From Acidobacteriota bacterium (GTDB taxonomy: Bacteria > Acidobacteriota > Blastocatellia > Chloracidobacteriales > JADJPF01): a stretch of 53,502 nucleotides of DNA. Each line of letters begins with the position of its first letter. The first letter of the stretch is position 1. The stretch covers positions 1 through 53,502 of the forward strand of contig JBFLVQ010000001.1 of NCBI GenBank assembly GCA_040758525.1. Reading direction: 5' to 3'. Below the pieces are notes generated by a model. That model was not told the DNA's origin, ran no database searches, and saw only the letters and a list, made by a program, of their open reading frames with translations. Below are positions 45,807 to 53,502 of this stretch, one piece after another. Both the position numbers and the translations under genes were made by a program.

Positions 45807-45829
45807 CCTTATATACAATATTATGATCT

Positions 45830-48826
45830 TTAGAAGTTAACACGTAGGCCGAGTTGATATTGGCGAGGAGCAAAGGCGCCACGGAAGCGGTCGCGGGTAA
45901 CAATGAAACGCCCATCTCCATCACGTGCTGGTAGGTTAAAGCGACCTTGTGAATCAGGTGGAAAGATACGCGCAACATCGCTGATATTTACACGATTAAA
46001 TGCATTAAAAATTTCTACGATCCCCTGTATACGTACACGCTCATTGACATTTATTGAACGTGTGAAACGTAGATCAACATTGGCAAACCCAGGGGTAATA
46101 CCAGTATTGCGACCGATCGGCACACCACCAATAAGCGGTCGGTCACCAGGCGGATTGTCGCCATTCTGATTAAGATCCACACCTGCTAGCAGATTGTAAG
46201 GCCGCCCACTATTGAGTGTGATAATGGTAGAGATCTGATATCCATTAAGTAGTGGATTCTTGCCATAGTCAATGTTCCATAAACCAGAAAAGACAAAACG
46301 ATTGCGTACATCTTGCAATGAGAGCCCACGTTCATCACGTGGTCGTAGTGAATTGACGGTCTCAAATAGATCTGTGCGAATATCTATGAAATTATCGATC
46401 CCTTTCGAGAAAACGTAGTTAACTAGGAAAGTAAATTTATCCCTAAATCTCTGGTTTAGAGAGATCGTAAAAGCATGGTAATAGCTATCAAAGGCCGATT
46501 GATACTGATTGACATTACCTCGTGTGGGATCAACACGTCCAGTTAATGCGCTGGTAAGTGGGTTGCCGGTGGGTCGTACAATTGGGTTGATGTTGCGGTT
46601 GGCAATCAACTTGATACCCCGAACAAAATCATAAGTAAGAGAAATAGCCGTATTCTTGCCAAGCAGGTAATCGAATCCAGTGCTGGCTTGTTGTGTATAA
46701 CCAGCACGTAGATTGGGATCGAATTCCAGTACCTGGCTAAGCTGTGGTCTAAAATTGACCCCGCTAGGAATATCATTGGAGATGGGGAAACTTCGGCCTG
46801 GTTGTGAATAAGGCAGAATAGAGAATGGGAAAGGAATTACTGCTAACTTTAGCGCGCCTCGTTGGAAAAACTCTGTTGCAAAGGGAATGCCTACGAGTGG
46901 TGCATTGAAGAAGAGTCCATAGGAAGCGCGTAGATTCATCTTTGAGAGCCAGCCAGGACGATAAGATATGCCTATGCGAGGGGCAATGTTGCCGCTATTT
47001 TTTGGCAAAAATCTGAATAGATTGAGATCATAGCGTAAACCTAACTTCAACAGCAGATTTGGTCGCACACGTATATCATTCTGTACAAAAGCAGCAAAGA
47101 AGTCTCCGCTAACAGGCAGTATTTGGTTGCCAAAGCCCTGTAGATAGGCCTGTGGTAAAGGTAGATCAGCAAGTGGCAGCCCGGCTGGGAAGCCTGGCGC
47201 CATTGATGGCAATAAGCCAGCCAGTAATGTAAGAAAGCTACGTTGTGCAGGTGAGCGCAAGGTAGGATCCAAGGCCTCCAACCCATTAAGATTGGGCAGA
47301 CCAGGAATGCCTGTAAGTGCCGAGAAATTGAATGGTGTAAAGGTGGCAAAACCTGCATTGAAAGTCGGTAGGCTACTCTTACCACGCAGATCGGCATAAT
47401 CTATGCCAAACTTGATCTGATTGCGACCACGTGTAAGGGTTACGTTATTAACGATCTGAATAATGTCAGCAATACGCTCAAGTTGTGGCAGAAAGGTAGC
47501 ACGTCCCAAGGTTATCTGTCCTTCTGGCGCAACTAGCCGTACTTGTGGACCGCCTGCCAGTGGTATTAGATCTTGACTGCCACGGCTGTAAAGGAAGCGT
47601 GTCTCATTAACCAGGTTGAGCCCGGTATTAATATAGGTATTATTGACAGCAAAACTGTTGTCGTCGACTTTCTGTAAGCCACCAGCGGTTTCCGCTATTA
47701 AACCGCCAAATGTCTCGATCGCACCATTGTAGTTGAAGCCACCATTGTAACGTAGATAGAGCGTATCGCTGGGTGAGAGCTTGAAATCAACACGTCCAAA
47801 GAAAGAGGTCTGACCAAGTGAGAATGGCACTGGACCATTACGTACATCAAAACCCTGACGACGTAGCGAGGCGATCGTATCATCAGTAATGGTAATGATA
47901 TTGTTCTGTTTAACAGAAAGTCTTTCAAAAGAGGCAAAGAAGAATGCCTTATCTTGTTTAATAGGACCAGAAATTGTGGCACCAAATTGGCCCTGTTCAA
48001 AGGGTGGATCGATATTGGTAAAAGCGTTGCGCGCACTCAGTTCATCATTACGGAAGAAGGCGAAGAGACTGCCGTGAAAATCGTTACTACCAGACTTTGT
48101 TACAATATTGATAACGCCCCCAAGGGCGCGACCAAATTCTGCCGAATAGCTATCAGAAACAACCTGGAACTCTTGCACAGCATCTTGACTGAAATTTGAA
48201 CGTATTGAGCCTGAACCACTATTATTATTATCAACACCGTCAATTGTGAAACTGTTAAAACGAGGGCTCTGACCATTGAAAGAGAGTCCAGAAGTCTGGG
48301 TAATTCCTTGAGGAGGGATACGATCGGAAGTCACACGTGGTGTTATCAGAGTGAAGTCGATAAAGTTACGTCGGTTGATAGGCAGACTCTCAATTCTTCC
48401 ACTATCAATGTTAGTGCTGCTCTCTGTCTTATCTTCGAACAGACTTAGCGCCGTCACTTCAATAGTGTCGGTGGTTTGGCCTATTTTCATATTGAAAGTT
48501 AATCGAACCGTGCGGCCAAGCTCCAGCACCATACGCGCAGTCTGTACAGCAAACCCTTCCGCCATAACCGTCAATTCGTAAGGACCAGGCGGTAATTCAT
48601 TAAGCAAAAACGCGCCATCCTCATCTGATACTGCTTCGCGGGTAAACTTGGTATTAATATTTTTAGCACTAATAACTACATTGCCGAGCACGCCACCATC
48701 TGGATCGATCACTGTACCAGTGATACTAGCCGTGGTTGAGCTTTGCCCCCAAGCTGGCACTACATTAATAAGAAATATTAAGGTAAATAGAGATTTCCAT
48801 AATATAGTCCATATAGCTTTTCGCAT
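45830..48826 (-). CDS. TonB-dependent outer-membrane receptor with N-terminal carboxypeptidase-regulatory-like domain
   Basis: Signal peptide, then SITGTVIDPDGGVLGNVVISAKN...DGAFLLNELPPGPYELTV (CarboxypepD_reg). This is followed by a plug-like region and a long beta-barrel-like sequence ending in the C-terminal aromatic ...LGLRVNF. GGGAGG lies 7 nt before the ATG. Confidence 0.88.
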   Translation of the reverse strand: MRKAIWTILWKSLFTLIFLINVVPAWGQSSTTASITGTVIDPDGGVLGNVVISAKNINTKFTREAVSDEDGAFLLNELPPGPYELTVMAEGFAVQTARMVLELGRTVRLTFNMKIGQTTDTIEVTALSLFEDKTESSTNIDSGRIESLPINRRNFIDFTLITPRVTSDRIPPQGITQTSGLSFNGQSPRFNSFTIDGVDNNNSGSGSIRSNFSQDAVQEFQVVSDSYSAEFGRALGGVINIVTKSGSNDFHGSLFAFFRNDELSARNAFTNIDPPFEQGQFGATISGPIKQDKAFFFASFERLSVKQNNIITITDDTIASLRRQGFDVRNGPVPFSLGQTSFFGRVDFKLSPSDTLYLRYNGGFNYNGAIETFGGLIAETAGGLQKVDDNSFAVNNTYINTGLNLVNETRFLYSRGSQDLIPLAGGPQVRLVAPEGQITLGRATFLPQLERIADIIQIVNNVTLTRGRNQIKFGIDYADLRGKSSLPTFNAGFATFTPFNFSALTGIPGLPNLNGLEALDPTLRSPAQRSFLTLLAGLLPSMAPGFPAGLPLADLPLPQAYLQGFGNQILPVSGDFFAAFVQNDIRVRPNLLLKLGLRYDLNLFRFLPKNSGNIAPRIGISYRPGWLSKMNLRASYGLFFNAPLVGIPFATEFFQRGALKLAVIPFPFSILPYSQPGRSFPISNDIPSGVNFRPQLSQVLEFDPNLRAGYTQQASTGFDYLLGKNTAISLTYDFVRGIKLIANRNINPIVRPTGNPLTSALTGRVDPTRGNVNQYQSAFDSYYHAFTISLNQRFRDKFTFLVNYVFSKGIDNFIDIRTDLFETVNSLRPRDERGLSLQDVRNRFVFSGLWNIDYGKNPLLNGYQISTIITLNSGRPYNLLAGVDLNQNGDNPPGDRPLIGGVPIGRNTGITPGFANVDLRFTRSINVNERVRIQGIVEIFNAFNRVNISDVARIFPPDSQGRFNLPARDGDGRFIVTRDRFRGAFAPRQYQLGLRVNF

Positions 48827-49043
48827 CCCCTGCCTCCCTTTTAGATGGATTTATCTTTCTAAAACCCCAAACTGCTACACCGATTCCCCAAATATCTATT
48901 AAGCAGCTAGAATATATATTGATGTCGAGCTAGTTCACTTGGCGAGTAATACTATAGTAATAGATCTGTAGTAAGAAATAAACCATTACTCGGCGACAGT
49001 ACGCCGTCAAGTTTTCAGGAAGCAGCAGCGAGGAGATAAAAGT

Positions 49044-49955
49044 ATGGTTCGTTTAGCACTGATTGTAACTATCTTGGCAATGTTAGGGTTGGTCACGGCC
49101 AGCGCAGGCCAGCGCAGTGTACATCAAGGCCTCAACCCAGAAGGACAACCACGCGGAATGGGCAAAGGTTCTACACACCGCTATCTGATCTGGCATGATA
49201 ACCAAGGATGGCATTTGCGTACTACCACAGCACGTGACCAGCACCGTTTCCATGGTGAAGTACTGACCGATAATGGTCGTATCTACGACCTTAGCACTTT
49301 CCGACGTGAGCGCAATGATTGGGTACAGATCGCCCCACAAGGTCAACGAATCTTTTTCGATCTCAGCACAGATGAGGGTCTGGATGGCTTCGATTTTAAA
49401 TCTGATGCCCAGAATATACGTTTCCGCCTGCTTATGGACAACAAAGATCGCCCGGATCTGGTCTATGTAGGCCTTACTGGTAGCAATCCCCGTGAGATTC
49501 CTTTTTCGATTGTTAATCCTGATGCAAAGTCGAAACGAGAAGAACGAAGTGGAGCCCAACCATTACAACCTTTTGGCAAGCCAGAAGGAATGGGGGAAGG
49601 CTCAACACAACGTTATCTACTTTGGCGCGATAAGTTTGGCCTATGGCACTTACGCACCACCACAGCACGTAAGCGTCACCTCTTCAGCGGTGAGATCGAA
49701 GCACAGGGCGGTCGTATCTATGAGCTACGTACTGTGAAAGCAGAGAAAAAGGATTGGGTTAATGTCCGTAGCGATAATCATATTGTCTTCGATCTTACTA
49801 CTGAAGGTGCGATCGATGGCTTTGACTTTCGTACCGATGCCAAGAATCTTAAATTCCATCTACGCATAGATGGTGAGGAACATACTGACCTAGTATATAT
49901 AGGGGCACGTGCTGGTAATCCACCTGCGATACCATTTACCCTGTCCGCACGCTAG
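49044..49955 (+). CDS. Secreted protein of unknown function made of two tandem ~126-aa homologous domains
   Basis: Signal peptide MVRLALIVTILAMLGLVTASA. Repeat 1 is aa 32-157 (nt 49137-49514) and repeat 2 is aa 176-301 (nt 49569-49946). Shared motifs: GMG.GST.RYL.W.D..G.WHLRTTTAR..H.F.GE, GRIY.L, DWV, FDL.T...DGFDF..DA.N..F.L, DLVY.G, NP..IPF. GAGGAG lies 8 nt before the ATG. Confidence 0.8.
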   Translation: MVRLALIVTILAMLGLVTASAGQRSVHQGLNPEGQPRGMGKGSTHRYLIWHDNQGWHLRTTTARDQHRFHGEVLTDNGRIYDLSTFRRERNDWVQIAPQGQRIFFDLSTDEGLDGFDFKSDAQNIRFRLLMDNKDRPDLVYVGLTGSNPREIPFSIVNPDAKSKREERSGAQPLQPFGKPEGMGEGSTQRYLLWRDKFGLWHLRTTTARKRHLFSGEIEAQGGRIYELRTVKAEKKDWVNVRSDNHIVFDLTTEGAIDGFDFRTDAKNLKFHLRIDGEEHTDLVYIGARAGNPPAIPFTLSAR

Positions 49956-49964
49956 ATGTAGATT

Positions 49965-50651
49965 ATGCAATCGACTAAACCTAACAAAGAGCGTCTACGG
50001 CGGCGGTTAATGACTGCCGCCATCATTTCCCTACTTATGATAGGTTGGGCACTGATCGATCTCTATGGTCCCTGGTCTGCCGACCTACGCCACTTTGACG
50101 CTGCTGAAATCGCCCGCCTAGAAACGGATATGTGGCGTGCTTATTATGATAAAAGAAAGCTGCGTCTCTATTGGCTGTTAGTAACAAAACTACGTAGCCA
50201 AAATGGTTTCCCTTTTCTGCGCGCAAACCTTAATGCTTATCGTGCTGCCCGTGCCGCCATTGTCTTTAAGGATGGCAAAAACCGCAATGATTATCAGCAG
50301 GCTCTTCCTTATCTGCGTAACTACTTTAGCGCGCTCTGTAAGATTGGTCATTTGCCAAGCAATGCTGATCGTATCGCAGAGCTAGAACTAGAGTGGTGGA
50401 TTGTGCACCGCGAGCAAGACCATTACGGTGAAGAGGCGCTGATAAACGCGATTGCATCATCAACAGCAGAGCTTTATGGTTTACCAGCAGAAGATCTACA
50501 CGATTATGCCGCGGCACGTGCTGCTGCAATGCGACAAAGAGATGCCTGTGCGTTGGCGGTTGGTGGGGTAAAAGAGTCCCAGTGGCAAGAGATTGAAGCT
50601 AAATTACTCACTGCCTATCGCGCTCTGGTAGATAAACTTAATCACAGTTAA
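49965..50651 (+). CDS. Hypothetical membrane-anchored protein
   Basis: 228 aa, starting 9 nt after the previous gene. One N-terminal TM (LMTAAIISLLMIGWALIDLY), then a helical, Ala/Arg-rich soluble part. I recognise no motif. Confidence 0.6.
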   Translation: MQSTKPNKERLRRRLMTAAIISLLMIGWALIDLYGPWSADLRHFDAAEIARLETDMWRAYYDKRKLRLYWLLVTKLRSQNGFPFLRANLNAYRAARAAIVFKDGKNRNDYQQALPYLRNYFSALCKIGHLPSNADRIAELELEWWIVHREQDHYGEEALINAIASSTAELYGLPAEDLHDYAAARAAAMRQRDACALAVGGVKESQWQEIEAKLLTAYRALVDKLNHS

Positions 50652-50660
50652 TAGGAATCC

Positions 50661-51800
50661 CTATTCTTCCAGCAGGCAATCACAAGACTGGCGTTGTTGA
50701 TCGACTTGAGCACTAATGGAATAGTTGCTGGGTGGTTGTTGTGTGTTAAAAGATCGGTTGCTTACATCAAGAAATTCTCCCAGACCGATCTCAATGGTAG
50801 CTTCTCCGATCAACTGTTGAACCCTATAATGGTAAGTTGTCCCAGCCAAGTTGGCGACAATCTTTACATTGGTCCAATCTTGACCAGTCTTAAGCAAAAG
50901 ATTTGGTCTATCGATTCTTAGTTCTGCTGGCAATGTTCCTATACAGTTGTAACGATAGATCTTTTCCATCACCACAGGCTCATCTGCTGCATAGATCGAA
51001 TGCAAGAATACCTGTACAACACCTAACAGGAGAAAGACAAAGATTAACAGTGCCAATATGTGAGTACGCCGAGAAAAAGCTCTTTTGTCTATCTTCACAG
51101 TATTAGTGACAACTGGTCTTTTATTTGTAGGCCGCACGATCAGTGTCATTGATGACTGACGAGCATTACTTCTTGTCACCGGCAGCGCGGTTGGCCCTGA
51201 CACTGCTTTCCAGCTAATCTCATAACGATGTGTTGTGCTGTTATATTCAGAACTGTGTTTCTCTTTAACCTCTACAGCAATACAACCAATCAATTCCAGT
51301 AGTGCTTCGAAATAGCCCAGTGCGCTTTGACAATAGTCACAAGAGACTTCTTTGGGATAATGGTAGACAAGCACTACAGCTTTTATTTGATCTGTATCAA
51401 CAATAGTTTCATAACGACAACTACCAAAATCCTGGTAGAGCACATTGAGACGTACGGCTCGTTTTAAGATCTCTTGCGGCGACAGTTCAAGCAGTTGCAT
51501 AGGCAAGCGTGAATAATTGTAGTGAGCGCTAAAGCGACCTAATTGGCGTAGTATAGTGCGATCACCCGCTGCCAATTCTCTTACAATAAGTTGATCAATA
51601 AGCTCAAGGGTTGTGTAGTTGAACCAGTTATACTCAAAAATCACGCTATTTAAGCGGCTGCGCTCGTTAATTGGTAATTTGTCTATTAATGACTGCCAAC
51701 CATCTTTACCCCATTGTTGCTCAACAAAAGCTAGTCTTGCTGCAATGATCGAGCCGCGTACACGGTTGACAACGTTTGATCGAAACAGTGATCTATCCAT
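50661..51800 (-). CDS. Membrane protein: N-terminal H-NOX/DUF2378-like (V4R-type) sensor fold, one TM, small C-terminal extracytoplasmic domain
   Basis: The N-terminus VRGSIIAARLAFVEQQWGKDGWQSLIDKLP follows the mkG.i...l.fv...G...w..il opening of the heme-NO-binding / TIGR02265-like fold. TM ILALLIFVFLLLGVVQVFL near aa 240. A ~115-aa tail ends in CDC. AAGGA lies before the ATG. Confidence 0.55.
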   Translation of the reverse strand: MDRSLFRSNVVNRVRGSIIAARLAFVEQQWGKDGWQSLIDKLPINERSRLNSVIFEYNWFNYTTLELIDQLIVRELAAGDRTILRQLGRFSAHYNYSRLPMQLLELSPQEILKRAVRLNVLYQDFGSCRYETIVDTDQIKAVVLVYHYPKEVSCDYCQSALGYFEALLELIGCIAVEVKEKHSSEYNSTTHRYEISWKAVSGPTALPVTRSNARQSSMTLIVRPTNKRPVVTNTVKIDKRAFSRRTHILALLIFVFLLLGVVQVFLHSIYAADEPVVMEKIYRYNCIGTLPAELRIDRPNLLLKTGQDWTNVKIVANLAGTTYHYRVQQLIGEATIEIGLGEFLDVSNRSFNTQQPPSNYSISAQVDQQRQSCDCLLEE

Positions 51801-51822
51801 ATGCTATCCTTCTCTTTAATAT

Positions 51823-52359
51823 TCAAGGTCGTAGTGGCCGATAAGCTGCGGAAGGGAGTGATGTAGCGCTGGGGCCGGCAACTAAAATAATATCCATTGC
51901 ACCAGAGAGACCAGCCATAGTTGTACGGCTAGTACGGTAGCGAAAAGATCTGTGTGTAGCAGTAAGATTCTTCTTGGGATCGGCATCAAGTGTGAAGCCT
52001 TGTGCATCTGCACTGTAGCGGAAACTATAGTCATAAGCGCCATCAGAAACGACTTCAGAGGCAGTATTAGAAGGTAGACCGGCAATCGTAGGCACATTGC
52101 GTGTATATTGACTAGTAGTAAGATAGTCACGGCGAAATAGCTCTTCGAATATTGCGTAACGTCCCAAACTACTATAAAAAAGATTCTGTGAATTGCTAAT
52201 AGTTTTGATATTAGCCAGCGCGCGGCTTTCCCGTGCAACGCGAATAACTGCGAAGAGATTGGGGATCGCGATTGCTATAATAATCGCGATCAGAGCTGTC
52301 AATAAGATCAACTCTAGCAGAGAGAATCCATTTTGATAGCATCGCGCTCGTGAAGGCAT
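51823..52359 (-). CDS. Prepilin-type N-terminal cleavage/methylation domain protein (type IV pilin / pseudopilin-like)
   Basis: Class III signal MPSRARCYQNG|FSLLELILLTALIAIIIAIAIPN with Glu at +5. 178 aa. Its stop is 22 nt before the next gene. Confidence 0.85.
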   Translation of the reverse strand: MPSRARCYQNGFSLLELILLTALIAIIIAIAIPNLFAVIRVARESRALANIKTISNSQNLFYSSLGRYAIFEELFRRDYLTTSQYTRNVPTIAGLPSNTASEVVSDGAYDYSFRYSADAQGFTLDADPKKNLTATHRSFRYRTSRTTMAGLSGAMDIILVAGPSATSLPSAAYRPLRP

Positions 52360-52454
52360 ACTACTCTCTTCCTACTTTTAATTATTTGGCTTTCAGCCCT
52401 AGACAAAAGAGATAGATTCAAATTTCACTTCAGAGCCGTCACGAGTGCTGCTAA

Positions 52455-53255
52455 TTAATCTTTTTGTAGAAAATTTGGTTTACGCTTCTCTGCGAAGGCG
52501 CGTATTCCTTCCTCCATATCTGGACTACCAAGTGGGTATTGACCTAGCTGAGCCTCTATCCGCAAACCCTCTTCCAGTGTCCTGCCTAGCCCATTCATCA
52601 CTGCCTGTTTATCTGTGCGTATAGCACCTTGTGGCATTGCACAGATCCCTTCGGCAATCTCATAAACACGTGTCATCAATCGCTCAGGTGGCACAACCTC
52701 ATTAACCAGACCGATACGGTATGCATGCTGCACATCTATACGTTTACCAGTAATGATTAACTCTAGTGCATTACCCAACCCAACGATATGTGGTAAGCGC
52801 TGTGTACCACCATCAAGTAGTGGCACATTCCAGCGCCGACATAATACGCCAAACTCTGCCTGTTCAGAAGCAATACGGAAATCGGCCAAGCAGGCCAGTT
52901 CCAGACCACCGGCAAATGCCCCTCCATTGATGGCTCCAATAATAGGCTTGAATATATCGGTCTGCCGTGTATAGCCCATATAACCAGGACCATTGTAGAT
53001 AAATCGTCGTAGTTGATTACCTGATTGAGGTAGTGTAGAGGCTTGCGATACATAGCTTTTCAGATCTGCGCCAGCACAGAATGTATCACCATTACCAGTA
53101 AAGACAGCAACATACTGGTTATCATCATCGCGGAAGTCTATCCATGCCTTCATTAATAACTCTGCTGTCTCTTGATCGATAGCATTCTTCTGTTCAGGCC
53201 GATTTATTGTAATTGTAGTTATGTGTCCCTGTTTATTAACAAGTACTTTAGACAT
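52455..53255 (-). CDS. Enoyl-CoA hydratase/isomerase (crotonase) family protein
   Basis: ITINRPEQKNA, FCAGADLK and INGGAFAGGLELACLADFRIA. Start set at the ATG at 53255 (GGAGG with a 7-nt spacer), giving 266 aa. The track ORF start at 53453 lies antisense to the next gene. Confidence 0.88.
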   Translation of the reverse strand: MSKVLVNKQGHITTITINRPEQKNAIDQETAELLMKAWIDFRDDDNQYVAVFTGNGDTFCAGADLKSYVSQASTLPQSGNQLRRFIYNGPGYMGYTRQTDIFKPIIGAINGGAFAGGLELACLADFRIASEQAEFGVLCRRWNVPLLDGGTQRLPHIVGLGNALELIITGKRIDVQHAYRIGLVNEVVPPERLMTRVYEIAEGICAMPQGAIRTDKQAVMNGLGRTLEEGLRIEAQLGQYPLGSPDMEEGIRAFAEKRKPNFLQKD

Positions 53256-53339
53256 AAATGTTCCTCCAACTAAATGTGATTGGCTCATTGCCTGTGTGAT
53301 ATTATCGCCAAGAAACGGCTTTTTTAGGAGGCAAGAGCG

Positions 53340-53502
53340 ATGAACTGTACCAAATGCGGCAATCCTGTACCGGAAGGATATCGATTCTGTATACACTGTG
53401 GTCAGCCCACAGGAGCGATGGCAACTCCTCCACAACCACCTCAACCCCCTCAACCACTACCACCACAACCGCCACCGCCACCACAGAATTATCCGCCCCC
53501 TA
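53340..53502 (+). CDS. Zinc-ribbon protein with Pro/Gln-rich linker; 3' part runs off the right edge
   Basis: Absent from the ORF track (no stop in the window). AGGAGG (53326-53331) with an 8-nt spacer precedes the ATG at 53340. The product is MNCTKCGNPVPEGYRFCIHCGQPTGAMATPPQPPQPPQPLPPQPPPPPQNYPPP... Confidence 0.7.
   Translation, partial: MNCTKCGNPVPEGYRFCIHCGQPTGAMATPPQPPQPPQPLPPQPPPPPQNYPPP

Noticed and set aside
49083-49559. 158-aa minus-strand ORF inside the duplicated-domain gene
   Set aside because: It is antisense to a frame with a signal peptide, an SD site and an internally repeated domain structure. It has no SD or motif of its own.
53302-53484. Minus-strand ORF MVAVAVVVVVVEGVEVV... 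and the long track version of the crotonase ORF (start at 53453)
   Set aside because: Both are antisense to the SD-preceded zinc-ribbon/polyproline gene starting at 53340 (CCN codons read backwards give Gly/Val runs). The crotonase has a well-placed GGAGG + ATG at 53255, giving a typical 266-aa product.

Overview
53.5 kb of apparently ordinary chromosome from a diderm bacterium. Gene content includes a CarboxypepD_reg-type TonB-dependent receptor, an S46 peptidase and many TPR/FHA/PATAN/Ser-Thr-kinase signalling proteins, and most genes have strong GGAGG ribosome-binding sites. This is reminiscent of Acidobacteriota- or Myxococcota-type genomes, but taxonomy cannot be verified here. I support 37 intact or edge-truncated CDS plus one gene remnant. 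Two CDS are missing from the supplied ORF track because they run off the window edges (1..1208 minus, 53340..53502 plus). Several track ORFs were shortened to starts that have a Shine-Dalgarno site. I saw no rRNA, tRNA, CRISPR array, transposase, integrase or phage genes. Main observations: (i) Four head-to-tail paralogous ~780-aa YfhO-like GT-C membrane proteins lie at 29656..39069, separated by 2, 2 and 11 nt. Their ends are near-identical and their cores divergent. A 782-bp perfect direct repeat bridges two gene junctions, and block-wise similarity is mosaic, which points to gene conversion. The array sits directly downstream of a Ser/Thr kinase and a Cys-knuckle/TPR/REC/PATAN regulator. 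It converges, with a 9-nt gap, on an operon that embeds a fifth GT-C (TMTC-like) gene among beta-oxidation-type genes. (ii) Two sigma-54-type promoters share an identical 15-nt core. They sit 55-58 nt upstream of a DHp-only mini-kinase/NtrC-type activator operon and of a DUF883/holin-X/DUF3618 membrane-stress-like operon. (iii) A secreted TPR-CHAT protein has substitutions at both expected catalytic residues (His and Cys). (iv) Smaller items: a 7 x 9-aa Thr-rich repeat linker, a frameshifted BNR-propeller remnant, an orphan nuoEF pair, an internally duplicated secreted protein and an H-NOX/DUF2378-like membrane protein paired with a pilin-like gene. All family assignments come from motif recognition by eye. 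No database search was run.
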